A stretch of 64,000 bases of DNA from Spirochaetia bacterium (GCA_965198005.1 CBDAOI010000001.1:224001-288000); one strand, 5' to 3'; counted from the first letter of the stretch, positions 1-10,003 are shown. Made by a program: numbers and translations. The notes: generated by a model from the letters alone, not told the origin.

Positions 1-14
1 CATAGCATACCACA
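1..14 (-). promoter_or_regulatory. Extended -10 element of a Uma2 cassette whose gene lies left of the window
   Basis: CATAGCATACCACA matches 26741-26754 and nearly matches 8479-8492, which lie just upstream of Uma2 starts (minus strand TGTGGTATGCT). Confidence 0.55.
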
Positions 15-23
15 CAACGCTAC

Positions 24-58
24 GAGGTCGCCTTCCACCAGGGACTCCATCAGCTTGT
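24..58 (-). pseudogene. Micro-fragment of the PD-(D/E)XK nuclease family seen at 15185-15883
   Basis: Translates KLMESLVEGDL, versus KLMEALVEGDL in the 15.6 kb copy. Confidence 0.55.
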
Positions 59-64
59 TCGCGG

Positions 65-408
65 TTACGGTCGAAAGACCTCGTTCGTGTCGAGGCTGAG
101 CCCGGCCAACACCGGCGAGGTCAGGCGCTGCCCTTCCGCGTAGCGCTGCACCCGCTCGAAGTCATGCTCGCCCAGGGCCAGCACCTCGATGGTGCGCGCG
201 TCGGTATCGACCAGCCAATACTCGGACACGCCGTGCCGGGCATACATAGCGACAACGCCACGTGCAGGTAGCCAAGCACGCGCTGATGTATCTCTTTCGG
301 TGCTGGAGACACGACCAACTCCCCATCCAACAGCTCGTAACGCTTGTCTTCCGGTGCATTCCGGTAGTCCGCGTAGGTGAACTTGATCTCGGGCCTCAGG
401 GTAACCAT
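65..408 (-). pseudogene. Uma2-family (DUF820) endonuclease, internally deleted and frameshifted
   Basis: N-part TYADYRNAPEDKRYELLDGELVVSPAP..HQR and C-part YARHGVSEYWLVD..SPVLAGL are in different frames; the central PD..EV.S core is missing. Confidence 0.85.
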
Positions 409-484
409 GCCACCCCCTTTGACGAGGATAGCGCCAATCCATGGCATCGTCGAGCCTACCCCGCCGGCCACCGACGGCGCCGGC

Positions 485-1450
485 TCACCCATACTGAACG
501 CGGGGGTCCAGGTAGGCGTACAGCACGTCGACCAGCAGGTTGATGACCATCACCGCGGCGGCGAAGAACAGGTTGATCCCCGATATCAGCGGGTAGTCGC
601 GATCGAACAGGGCGTCGATCATCAGCCGCCCCAGCCCGGGGATGGCGAACATCTGCTCCATGATCACCGCGCCGCCCACGATGATCGGTACCTGCAGCCC
701 CACCAGCGTGACCACCGGGATCAGCGCGTTCTTGATCACGTGGCGGAGGATCACCAGCCGCTCGCGCAGGCCCTTGGCCCAGGCGGTGCGAATGTAGTCC
801 TGGCGCAGCACTTCGAGCATCATGGTGCGGGTCATGCGCATGGTGCTGGCCGCCAGGTAGGTGCCGAGGATCAGACCCGGCACGATGAACAGGCTGAAGT
901 GGCGCACCGGGTCGGCGCTCAGGCGCACCAAGCGCAGCGGCGGCGACCACGCCCACCAGATCGCGGGAAACACCAGGATGATGGTGGCCAGCCAGAAGTT
1001 GGGGGTGGCGAGTCCGAAGATGGCGAAGGAGCGACCCACGTAGTCGCCGATGGTGTCCTGCCGCACCGCCGAGTAGATGCCGATCGGCACCCCGATCAGC
1101 ACCCCGACGATCAGCGCGACCACGCCCAGCTCGATGGTGGTCGGCAGCCGGCCGGCGATCAGCTCGCCGACCGGTTCGGGCCGCAGCAACGGCGTGCCCA
1201 GATCGCCGCGCAGCAGGATGGCACCCATCCAGCGCGCGTACTGCACGTGCACCGGCACGTCCAGCCCCAGCCGCCGCTCCAGCGCCGCCCGGTCGATGCC
1301 GGTACCGCCACCTGCCTCCATGACCATCCTGCCCAGCAGTACGTCGATGACATCGCCCGGTATGAACCGCACCGAGAGGAACACCAGAATCGTCAGCAGG
1401 AAGAAGGTGGGGATCAGCAGCAGCACGCGGCGGATGACGTACGCTCTCAT
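485..1450 (-). CDS. Peptide/nickel ABC transporter permease (DppB/OppB-like), copy 1
   Basis: 321 aa; EAA-loop region DYIRTAWAKGL..RHVIKNAL; C-terminal DVLYAYLDPRV. Confidence 0.95.
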   Translation of the reverse strand: MRAYVIRRVLLLIPTFFLLTILVFLSVRFIPGDVIDVLLGRMVMEAGGGTGIDRAALERRLGLDVPVHVQYARWMGAILLRGDLGTPLLRPEPVGELIAGRLPTTIELGVVALIVGVLIGVPIGIYSAVRQDTIGDYVGRSFAIFGLATPNFWLATIILVFPAIWWAWSPPLRLVRLSADPVRHFSLFIVPGLILGTYLAASTMRMTRTMMLEVLRQDYIRTAWAKGLRERLVILRHVIKNALIPVVTLVGLQVPIIVGGAVIMEQMFAIPGLGRLMIDALFDRDYPLISGINLFFAAAVMVINLLVDVLYAYLDPRVQYG

Positions 1451-1587
1451 GCCCCTCTGCTCAACTCGATCCCACCGTTGACGGAAGATAACGTCACTTC
1501 ACCGCTGCTCGCGGCAGCACAAGTGAGAGAGCCCGAACCCGCGCTCCTGGAAGGCGCCCGACCCCCAGCTCCCGAATCACCAGCTTG

Positions 1588-1619
1588 CAGGGCGCCCGGC
1601 GCGAGGCAGGGCGCCCTAC
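1588..1619 (-). repeat. GTAG-type REP-like palindrome between binding-protein and permease genes
   Basis: Minus strand GTAG-GGCGCCC-loop-GGGCGCC. Confidence 0.5.
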
Positions 1620-1645
1620 AATGGAAACCGCCAGAGGCGGTTTCC

Positions 1646-3436
1646 TCAGAATCCCATCTCCCGCTTCAGATCCTGGTCGACCCAGACGTAGGCGAGCCAC
1701 GTTTTGTGCGCATTCAGGCCGAGATCGGTCTCCCCGGCATAGCCCTTGATCCACGGCTGGCTGGCACCGAACAGGGGCGCCAGTGGCCCCCTGATCACCC
1801 ACAGCTGCTCAGCCACGCGCAGGTCGGCCTTCCGCGCCCACTCCTTCTGCTCTTCTCTCGTGGTAGCGGCCAGCGCATTCTCGAAGTACTCGTCGAACAC
1901 CGCGTCGCTGACGTTTTGAGGGCGCCATCCGTTTTGCGACCAATATGCAGCGATCGGGCCCGTCGGCGTGCCATACTCGGCAGCCCAAACCTCGGAATGC
2001 AAGTCGATGAATTGTTGCCCCCGGCCCATGATGCCCCATTCGGCGCGGGGTACGATCTGAATCTCCACGTCGATGCCAATCTGCCTGAGATAATCCATCG
2101 CAATCTGGTAGTAGCCGAGGTCGACGAACTCGTACTTCTGCAAGATGACGCTCATGCGCTTGCCATCTGCGCCGCGTGGATAGCCGGCCTCATCCAGCAG
2201 CTTCTCGGCCGCCTCCGGGTCATACCGATACCACTGCTTGACCTCGTCGGGCCACTCCTCGGCCGGCGTGAAATACCCAACCACGCTCTTGCCAATTGGG
2301 CCGACCAGGCTCACATCGCCCCAACCCTGCATGTAGTTCTCGGCGATGAACTCGACGTCGACAGCCATGTTGAGGGCCCGGCGCACGCGGATATCGCTCC
2401 AGGGCTCTTTCTGGTTGTTGAAACTGAACCCCGTTTCCGCGCGAAAGGAAAACGGGTGCAGCACCAAGTCGGGATTGGTCTTCTGCAGATTGACCGCCTG
2501 ATCGATACTGGTGAGATGTGAGAGGAAAGCGAACGCCAAAATATCCCCCTGGCCCGAGCGCATCAGCGAAAGCCTGGCCGCGGGGTCGTTGACCATCACG
2601 TACTCGACCGTGTCCGCATAGGGTAAGCGGTATTCGGGATACTTCGGGTCGGTGCCCCAGTAATCATTACTCTTGGTGTAGGTCCAGGTGCTGCCTTCCA
2701 CCACGTCGGTCAGCTCATAGGGCCCGGTCCCGACCACGTTGCGCCAGTCTTGAATGTCCCCAAATTGCTCTACCACCTCGCGGGCGATAACGTACGTATG
2801 TTCTCCCACGAGCATGGATCTCAAGGCGACAAGACTCGGCTGGCTCAACTCGAATACCACGGTGGAGTCGTCGGCAGCGGTAATCGAATCGAAGGGGATC
2901 TTCGCGAGGTCGCCGACTCCCGCAATATCCGCGCTCGGCTCACCGCCGCTCAACCCCAGGACCCGCTGCCACGTGTACTCGACATCGTGCGCAGTCAGCC
3001 GGCGACCGTTCATCGGCTCCTTGTCGTGCCAGAAGACATCATCGCGGAGCTTGAACACGTAGGTGAGAGGATCCGGGGTCTCCCAGCTCTCAGCCAAGTG
3101 CCCAGTGATGACCTCGTCGGGCATATACAACGTATCAAAGGCGTACACACTCCGATCGAAGGTCCAGTCCCCAATACCCAGGGTCTCGTTGACCAGCCCG
3201 ATCCAGAACCCGGCGGTGTAGCGGTAATAGGGGTCGATCCCCTCGGGCTTGAGTGCCACGATCGGTTTGATCGTGCCGCCATACTCCGGCGCGGTGACCA
3301 TCTCGCCGGTGCTCGGGTCGAGCACCATCTCCTTCTCGGTGGCGGCGGCGGTGTCGTCTTCGCCGGCGGGGCTGGCGAACGTAACGGTAGCCACCAGCGC
3401 GAGCGCCAGCGGCAGCAACATGAGTCGTGGAGTCAT
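1646..3436 (-). CDS. ABC solute-binding protein family 5 (DppA/OppA-like), SBP1
   Basis: 596 aa; signal peptide; LAESWE, GTGPY, D.RVRRAL, YDPE.A..LLDEAGY motifs; RBS GAGGAG. Confidence 0.95.
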   Translation of the reverse strand: MTPRLMLLPLALALVATVTFASPAGEDDTAAATEKEMVLDPSTGEMVTAPEYGGTIKPIVALKPEGIDPYYRYTAGFWIGLVNETLGIGDWTFDRSVYAFDTLYMPDEVITGHLAESWETPDPLTYVFKLRDDVFWHDKEPMNGRRLTAHDVEYTWQRVLGLSGGEPSADIAGVGDLAKIPFDSITAADDSTVVFELSQPSLVALRSMLVGEHTYVIAREVVEQFGDIQDWRNVVGTGPYELTDVVEGSTWTYTKSNDYWGTDPKYPEYRLPYADTVEYVMVNDPAARLSLMRSGQGDILAFAFLSHLTSIDQAVNLQKTNPDLVLHPFSFRAETGFSFNNQKEPWSDIRVRRALNMAVDVEFIAENYMQGWGDVSLVGPIGKSVVGYFTPAEEWPDEVKQWYRYDPEAAEKLLDEAGYPRGADGKRMSVILQKYEFVDLGYYQIAMDYLRQIGIDVEIQIVPRAEWGIMGRGQQFIDLHSEVWAAEYGTPTGPIAAYWSQNGWRPQNVSDAVFDEYFENALAATTREEQKEWARKADLRVAEQLWVIRGPLAPLFGASQPWIKGYAGETDLGLNAHKTWLAYVWVDQDLKREMGF

Positions 3437-3719
3437 AACGTACTCCTCCTCGTTGTTCTCGGGATCGGAACTGCGTCCCGTTGCCCGTGTTCTTTTCTGT
3501 GGCCGGATACTCCGGCTGTTTCAGATGGTGCTGGTGGTCGCCCCACGCCCACGGCTCGGAGCGCAGGGGGCCGGCAAGTCGCCGCGCGGCAGTGTGGCGC
3601 GATGGATGTGGAGGTCGAAGCGAGCCGCCACGCCGTCAGCGTGGCCGGCGTGGAGTGGTGGACGCGGCTCGGTCGGCGGTCAGGAGTTACCGGGTGCTTG
3701 GATACTCGGCCATGCCCCC

Positions 3720-3747
3720 GGGGGGGGGGGGGGGGGGGGGGGGGGGG
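3720..3747 (-). repeat. Poly-C tract (C28 on coding strand) in SBP1 leader
   Basis: 28 consecutive G on the + strand. Confidence 0.9.
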
Positions 3748-3924
3748 AGAGGGACTCCTCACCATTAAGCAAGCCCGCCGCGAGCTGATTTTCAGCAATT
3801 CTCGGCGAGCGGCTGTCAGGGGAACAGAGCGTCATAAGCGTTGACGTGTTATAAGTCACTCAAGCCCTCCGCAGGTGAGGCACAGCCATACCCAGATGTA
3901 GCGGCGATTGACTGCATCCACCCC

Positions 3925-3953
3925 ATAATAACCTCCACTCCCGTGAACGTCAA
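3925..3953 (-). promoter_or_regulatory. Sigma70-type promoter facing SBP1
   Basis: TTGACG-17 nt-TATTAT. Confidence 0.7.
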
Positions 3954-4134
3954 CCACGAATCGGCCCAGCCGGCCCAACTGCCGAGGTCCTCTCGAGGCG
4001 GCGCCGACGCTTGGCCGAGCACCGCACGCAGAGCGGCCTCGAGATCGTCGACCATGGCGAGTTCCCGCTCGATCGGGCGAATCACCTCCGCGCGCATCCA
4101 CAGACCGCGGGTGGCACACAGCAGCTTGAAGCGG

Positions 4135-4293
4135 CGATGCCCTGGCCGATGATGGTCATGATCGTCAGCAGCAGCAGCACGATCCGGCGCTGACCGCGCC
4201 CACCGGCCGCTCCCTTATCAGCCGGCGCAGCAGGTCGCGCAGGAACGACTGGCCCTTCGCCCCCTTCGCCCGTGGCCCGGTCACCGCACCCAT
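4135..4293 (-). pseudogene. DppC-like permease remnant
   Basis: 5' part (GAKGQSFLRDLL) joined to LLLTIMTIIGQGI across a deletion between two (CTG)n runs, then truncated. Confidence 0.8.
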
Positions 4294-4302
4294 ACCGGTC
4301 CC

Positions 4303-5274
4303 TCACTCGTACTGGACGCGCGGGTCCAGGTAGGCGTACAGCACGTCGACCAGCAGGTTGATGACCATGACCGCAGCGGCAAAGAACAGATTGATGCCGG
4401 AGATGATCGGATAATCGCGATCGAACAGGGCATCGATCATCAGCCGCCCCAGCCCGGGGATGGCGAACATCTGCTCCATGATCACCGAGCCACCGACGAT
4501 GATCGGTATCTGCAGTCCTACCAGCGTCACCACCGGAATGAGTGCGTTCTTGATGACGTGGCGGAGGATCACCAAGCGCTCGCGCAGGCCCTTGGCCCAG
4601 GCAGTGCGAATGTAGTCCTGCCGGAGCACCTCCAGCATCATGGTGCGGGTCATGCGCATGGTGCTGGCCGCCAGATAGGTGCCGAGGATCAGCCCCGGCA
4701 CGAAGAAAATGGCGAAGTGGCGGACGAAGTCGTCGCTCAGGCGCACCAGCCGCAGCGGCGGCGACCAGCCCCACCAGATCGCCGGAAAGACGAGGATGAT
4801 GGTGGCCAGCCAGAAGTTGGGGGTGGCCAGTCCGAAGATGGCGAAGGAGCGGCCCACGTAGTCGCCCACGGTGTTCTGCCGCACGGCCGAGTAGATGCCG
4901 ATCGGCACCCCGATCAGCACCCCCACGATCACCGCCACCAGGCCCAGCTCGATGGTGGTCGGCAGTCGACCGGCGATCAGCTCTCCAACCGATTCCGCCC
5001 GCAGCAGAGCCTCGCCGAAATCGCCACGCAGGAGGATGCCGCCCATCCAGCGGCCATACTGTACGTGCACCGGCACGTCCAGCCCCAGCCGCCGCTCCAG
5101 CGCCGCCCGGTCGATGGCGGTGACGCCGCCCGCCCCCGGCCCCTCCTCCATCCTCCACACGAGGACGTCGACGATATCCCCCGGTATGAATCGCACTGAG
5201 AGAAACACCAGAATCGTCAGCAGGAAGAAGGTGGGGACCAGCAGCAGCACGCGACGGATGACGTACGCTCTCAT
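4303..5274 (-). CDS. DppB/OppB-like permease, copy 2
   Basis: 323 aa, close paralog of 485-1450. Confidence 0.95.
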   Translation of the reverse strand: MRAYVIRRVLLLVPTFFLLTILVFLSVRFIPGDIVDVLVWRMEEGPGAGGVTAIDRAALERRLGLDVPVHVQYGRWMGGILLRGDFGEALLRAESVGELIAGRLPTTIELGLVAVIVGVLIGVPIGIYSAVRQNTVGDYVGRSFAIFGLATPNFWLATIILVFPAIWWGWSPPLRLVRLSDDFVRHFAIFFVPGLILGTYLAASTMRMTRTMMLEVLRQDYIRTAWAKGLRERLVILRHVIKNALIPVVTLVGLQIPIIVGGSVIMEQMFAIPGLGRLMIDALFDRDYPIISGINLFFAAAVMVINLLVDVLYAYLDPRVQYE

Positions 5275-5433
5275 GTCGACTCAGATGCCATGTCTCGAGG
5301 AAGGCGCGCGCGTGAAACGCGCACGCCCCGCAGCTCGCCTCTATGGGTCAATTAACTCATGGAGCCCACCCGAAGGCGGGCCCCGTGTTGATTCCGTCGC
5401 TACGCTTCGCTCGTGCGCCAACAGCGAAGCCGC

Positions 5434-7218
5434 TCAGAATCCGAGCTCCCGCTTCAGGTCCTGGTCAACCCACAGATAGGCGAAGATGATAGTCCTGGTT
5501 ATCGCGCCGAGATCAGTTTCCCCGTTGAAGCCCTTCAACCATGGCTGGGTGGCGCCGAACAAGGGGGCTATCGGTCCCCTGATGGTCCACAGCTGCTCGG
5601 CGACGCGCAGGTCTGCCTTCTGCGCCCACGCCTTCTGCTCCTCTATCGTGGTGGCGGCCAGGGCGTTCTCGTAGTACTCGTCGAACACGGGGTCGTGGTT
5701 GTTCGCACGAACCACCGGCAGCTTTGAGTAGTATTGGGTAAGCGCGGCCAAGGGAGGTTCATACTCTTTGGCCCATGTGTCCGTCATCAACCCCTCATAG
5801 CTGAGGCTTGCGATCATTTCGCCGCGTACTGCGCGCGTTAGGACCTCGATCTCGACCTCGATGCCGATCTGCCTGAGGTAGTCCATGGCGATCTGGTAAT
5901 AGCCGAGGTCAAAGAACTCGTAGTGACCGTACTGGGTCCTGAAGCGAACGCCGTCCGCGCCGCGCGGATAGCCAGCCTCGTCCAGCAGCTCTTCGGCCGC
6001 CTCGGGATCATACCGGTAGTACTGCTTGACCTCATCGGGCCACTCTTCGAACGGCAGCGCATACCCCAGCACCGCTGAGCCCATCGGGCCGGAAGGGCTG
6101 GCATCACCCCACCCCTGCATGTAGTTCTCGGCGATGGCGTCGAAATCTATGGCCATGCTGATGGCCCGGCGCACCCGAATGTCGTCGAAGGGCGGTTGCT
6201 GAACGTTCCAGAACAACGCCGTTTCCGACCGAGAGGCAAACGGGTGCAACACCAGGTCGGGATTGGTCTTCTGTAGATTCATCGCCGCATCGACACTGGT
6301 CAGATGTGAGTTGAGCCCGACCCCCATGAAGTCCGCCTGCCCCGAGCGCATTAGCGAGGTGATGGCCGTAGGGTCGTTGACGATGGCGTACTCGATGGTG
6401 TCCGCGTAGGGCAAACGGTTGTCGGGATACTTCGGGTCGAAGCCCCAGTAATCATCGATCCTGGTGTAGGTCCAGGAGCTTCCCTCCACCACGTCGGTCA
6501 GCTGATAGGGGCCCGTTCCGGTCACGTTGCGCCAGTCTTGGATGTCCCCGAATTGCTCGACCACCTCGCGGGCAATCACCATCATGTTATTTCCGATGAG
6601 GATGTTCTTCAGGGCTCCGATCGAGGGCTCTTTTAGCTTGAATTCCACGGTGAAATCGTCGGTAGCGGTAACCGAGTCGACCGGGATCTTGCCTCCCCAC
6701 CCCCGTGCGACATCCAGGCCCGGTTCGCCGCCGCTCAAGCCAAGGAGCCGGTCGAAGCTGTAGGCGACATCGTGCGCGGTCAGCTGCCGGCCGTTCACCG
6801 GCGCCTTGTCGTGCCAGAACACGTCGTCGCGGATCTTGAACACGTAGGTGACCGGATCCGGGTTCTCCCAGCTCTCGGCCAGATATCCGGTGATCACCTG
6901 GTCGGGCAGGTATGTCGTGTCGTAGGCGAACACGCTTCGGTCGAACGCCCAGTCGCCGATGCCCAGCTTCTCGTTGACCAGCCCGACCCAGAGCCCGGCG
7001 GTGTAGACATAGTAGGAGTCGAGCCCCTCGTTCTTGAAGTTCACCACCGCTCTGATCGTGCCGCCATACTCGGGTGCGGTGACCATCTCGCCGGTGGATG
7101 GGTCGCGCACCATTTCCTTCTCGGCCGCGGCAGCCGGCTGGTCGCTCTCGCCGCTGGCGAACGTAACGGTAGCCACCAGCGCGAACGCCAGCGGCAGCAA
7201 CATGAGTCGTGGAGTCAT
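5434..7218 (-). CDS. ABC solute-binding protein family 5, SBP2
   Basis: 594 aa, same motifs as SBP1. Confidence 0.95.
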   Translation of the reverse strand: MTPRLMLLPLAFALVATVTFASGESDQPAAAAEKEMVRDPSTGEMVTAPEYGGTIRAVVNFKNEGLDSYYVYTAGLWVGLVNEKLGIGDWAFDRSVFAYDTTYLPDQVITGYLAESWENPDPVTYVFKIRDDVFWHDKAPVNGRQLTAHDVAYSFDRLLGLSGGEPGLDVARGWGGKIPVDSVTATDDFTVEFKLKEPSIGALKNILIGNNMMVIAREVVEQFGDIQDWRNVTGTGPYQLTDVVEGSSWTYTRIDDYWGFDPKYPDNRLPYADTIEYAIVNDPTAITSLMRSGQADFMGVGLNSHLTSVDAAMNLQKTNPDLVLHPFASRSETALFWNVQQPPFDDIRVRRAISMAIDFDAIAENYMQGWGDASPSGPMGSAVLGYALPFEEWPDEVKQYYRYDPEAAEELLDEAGYPRGADGVRFRTQYGHYEFFDLGYYQIAMDYLRQIGIEVEIEVLTRAVRGEMIASLSYEGLMTDTWAKEYEPPLAALTQYYSKLPVVRANNHDPVFDEYYENALAATTIEEQKAWAQKADLRVAEQLWTIRGPIAPLFGATQPWLKGFNGETDLGAITRTIIFAYLWVDQDLKRELGF

Positions 7219-7485
7219 AACGTACTCCTCCTCGTTTTCGGGATCGGGACAGGGTCCCGGTACCCGTGTTTTTCTTGGGCCGGATATTCCGGCTGTTTCA
7301 GATAGTGCTGATGGTCAGCCGACGGCTGGGAGCGGACGGCGACGCGAACGCCGCCTTGCGCGAGCGTGGTGCGATGGGTGTGGAGGTCGAAGGGCGCCGC
7401 CAGGTCGTCAGCGGCGCTGATGGCGAACGGGTGATAGATGCGGCTCGACGAGCGGTCCGGAGTTATCGGTTGCTTGGGTACTCGG

Positions 7486-7566
7486 TCACGCGGGGGGGGG
7501 GGGGGTAGAACGCACCGCCGACGTTAACGTCCGAACACCGGCCCTGATGATGTCATCCCGTCTCAT
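7486..7566 (-). CDS. Putative leader peptide MRRDDIIRAGVRTLTSAVRSTPPPPA spanning the C14 tract (7492-7505)
   Basis: ATG preceded by GGGAGAG and a promoter; stops two codons after the tract. Confidence 0.4.
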   Translation of the reverse strand: MRRDDIIRAGVRTLTSAVRSTPPPPA

Positions 7567-7594
7567 GCACGTCTCTCCCGAACCGAGCAACACG

Positions 7595-7623
7595 ACCGTA
7601 GCACAGTGCAGCAAGCACGTCAA
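7595..7623 (-). promoter_or_regulatory. Sigma70-type promoter facing SBP2
   Basis: TTGACG-17 nt-TACGGT with TG extension. Confidence 0.6.
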
Positions 7624-7717
7624 CCGCCTTTTTCGTGTGACTCGTGTGAGCCGAATCATCGAATCATACTACAGGCTCGCCAGCGTAGCCAACGTCGGGA
7701 CGAGGGTCAACCACGAC

Positions 7718-8458
7718 TTACCCTACCGGTCGATTGCCGTCCTGACCGGACTCGCCGCCGCGCTCCCGGCACAACAAGGCCTCCAGCTCGGCCACCCGCG
7801 CGTCCGCGGCTGCGCGGGCCGCCGATTCCTGCGCGAGGCGCGTCTCCGCCGTTTGCCGCGCCTCGTCGGTTTCCGCAAGGTTCGGCAGATCCTGCCCGGT
7901 CGCCGGATCGTGGAACCGCAGCCCCCGCGCCGTCAGCCGCAACTCCAGCCCCAGCACGCCGCTCGCCAGCGCCAGCGCCCCGTCCGCCAACTCCCGCCCC
8001 GGCAGCCGCCGATACTTCCCCTCCCTCAACTCCAGGCCCTGCAGCGGCGGCTCCAGGTAGTCGCCGGTCGGATCGTACTGCCAGTACTCCCGCACCCCCA
8101 GCGCACGGTACAGCTCACGCTTGCTCTCCTGGTCCTCGCGGTAGGTCGTGCGCGAGGTAATCTCCAGTACGAAGTCAGGCACCTTGCGCTCCTTCCACAG
8201 CCGGTAGCTGGAGCGGTCGGCGTTGGCCACGCCCAGCACCACGAACACGTCGGGCGCCACCACCGCCCGCGGATTCCCCTGCTCGTAGTAGAGCAGCAGG
8301 TTGCCCGACACGTACACGTCCCGGCGGTTGCGAAAGTGGAACCGCAGCCGGTCGACGGCGTAGGTCAGCGGGGTGCGCTGGCAGTCGCTTTCCGCCATCG
8401 GTCGGCCGTCGGATGAGGGGTAGTGGACCGTGGCGGGAGCGAGCAGCGGGCTGGCCAT
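7718..8458 (-). CDS. Uma2-family endonuclease with C-terminal coiled coil
   Basis: YPSSDGRPMAES, VAPDVFVV, PDFVLEITS, YRALGVREYWQYDP; RBS GGAGG. Confidence 0.93.
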   Translation of the reverse strand: MASPLLAPATVHYPSSDGRPMAESDCQRTPLTYAVDRLRFHFRNRRDVYVSGNLLLYYEQGNPRAVVAPDVFVVLGVANADRSSYRLWKERKVPDFVLEITSRTTYREDQESKRELYRALGVREYWQYDPTGDYLEPPLQGLELREGKYRRLPGRELADGALALASGVLGLELRLTARGLRFHDPATGQDLPNLAETDEARQTAETRLAQESAARAAADARVAELEALLCRERGGESGQDGNRPVG

Positions 8459-8629
8459 GGGCTATCCTCCATTCCACCACAGCATACCACAGGTCAGCGT
8501 CCAGCGCTGAGCGCTGGGCTCGGCTTCTGTCATCGCCCAGTCGAACACGCTCCGGTCGATTGGCGGAGCGGCGCTTCGGTCGGGCGCGGCGCGGCTGTCG
8601 GCGGTGGAGCGGGATGATCTACCGTGGTC

Positions 8630-8760
8630 GAACCAGTTCCTCGTCAACCACCGCCAGCAGGCAGTGACCGAACGCCTCAACGCCGTATACAGCGATCTAC
8701 CAGCCCGGCAGTCGCCGGACGCCATGGATGCGGGACTGGAGAGTCTACGGAAGCTGACTC
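8630..8760 (+). pseudogene. C-terminal remnant of a small antitoxin-like protein
   Basis: FLVNHRQQAVTERLNAVYSD resembles the tails of ribbon-helix-helix antitoxins; no N-terminus. Confidence 0.4.
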
Positions 8761-8935
8761 GCGGTGAATTGCGTGGTCGCATCGCGCAACTGGCGCTGAT
8801 GGCGGCGTACCGGGCGAGCTGGCCGGTGATGCAGCGGTTGGTGCCGCTGATGGCGAAACTGGTGCAGGACGGGGGAATCGACGAACTGCGACCGATCGTA
8901 GTGTACATGGCGGCCACGACGAGGGAACCGGAGCG
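8760..8935 (+). pseudogene. Internal fragment of Rpn (YhgA-like) nuclease/putative transposase
   Basis: Near-identical to about 30334-30510. Confidence 0.85.
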
Positions 8936-9106
8936 CAGCTTGTCTTCGAAACCTCCGATCAGGGTTCCGATCGGGTCGTCGGCCGAAGCGAGCATCTTCA
9001 TGGTCGCGAGCCGCTCGATGGTGCTGCGGTCGTTCTGCTCCAACCGCGGCAGGTATTCCTCTTCGAAGTAGGTCGTCCTCCGTAGCTTCAAAGAGAAGGG
9101 GCAGGC

Positions 9107-9872
9107 TCAGCGCGATCGTTCCAGCTTCTGCAGCGCCTTCGTGGCGCGCTCGGCGGCGCGGGCGCCTATCCCGCCGCCACCGGCCACCGCGCCTCCGCCG
9201 CCGCGCAGGCGCGGGTCCAGCAGGTCGCGCAGGGCGTCGCCGACCATGTTCAGGCAGTACACCACCAACGTCAGCGCCACCCCCGGCCACATCGCCAGCC
9301 GCGGCGCCATCTCCATGTACTGGCGCCCCTCGCGGCTCAGCATCGTGCCCCAACTCGGCACGTCCGGCGGCAGCCCGAACCCCAGAAAGCTCAACGACGC
9401 CTCGGCGATGATCGCCCAGCCGATCGTGATCGAGTAGATGATGATGATCGGCGCCGTGATGTTGGGCCACACGTGGCGCAGCAGCGTCTGCCGCGACGGG
9501 CTGCCGATCGCATGCGCCGCCTCGAAGTACGGGTTGCCCTTGATCCCGATCACGGCCCCCCGCACCACCCGCGAGTTGGCCACCCCGGAGGCCAGCGCCA
9601 GCATGCCGATGATCTGCGGGATCCCCTGACCGACTATGGTCATGATCGTCAGCAGCAGGCCCGGGAACGACATCCAGGCGTCCACCAGGCGCTGCACCGC
9701 GAGATCGAGCTTGCCGCCCACGAACCCCGCCACCCCGCCGATCAGCAGCGACACCACCACGCTCAGGGTGGTGGCGGCGAACCCCACCCCGAGCGACACC
9801 CGCGCCCCGTACAGCAGGCGGCTGAAGAGGTCGCGGCCGATGTGGTCGGTGCCCAGCGGGTAGGTGCTCGAC
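9107..9872 (-). pseudogene. DppC-like permease, 5'-truncated
   Basis: Homology starts at PSSTYPLGTD; upstream replaced by a TA cassette. Confidence 0.85.
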
Positions 9873-10003
9873 GGCAAACCGGTGATCGGACCGCTGCGCG
9901 AGATCTGGTGTGCGGATCTCGGCGTCCGCTCCTGATCGTTCCCGCTTAACCCGCGGCAATCGATTGACATCAGCTTGCGCACGGGTTGATATATGGTGGC
10001 GCA

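Noticed and set aside
3720-3747. Poly-G as a pure sequencing artefact
   Set aside because: Tracts recur at the homologous position in six leaders and on both strands; only the exact lengths are uncertain
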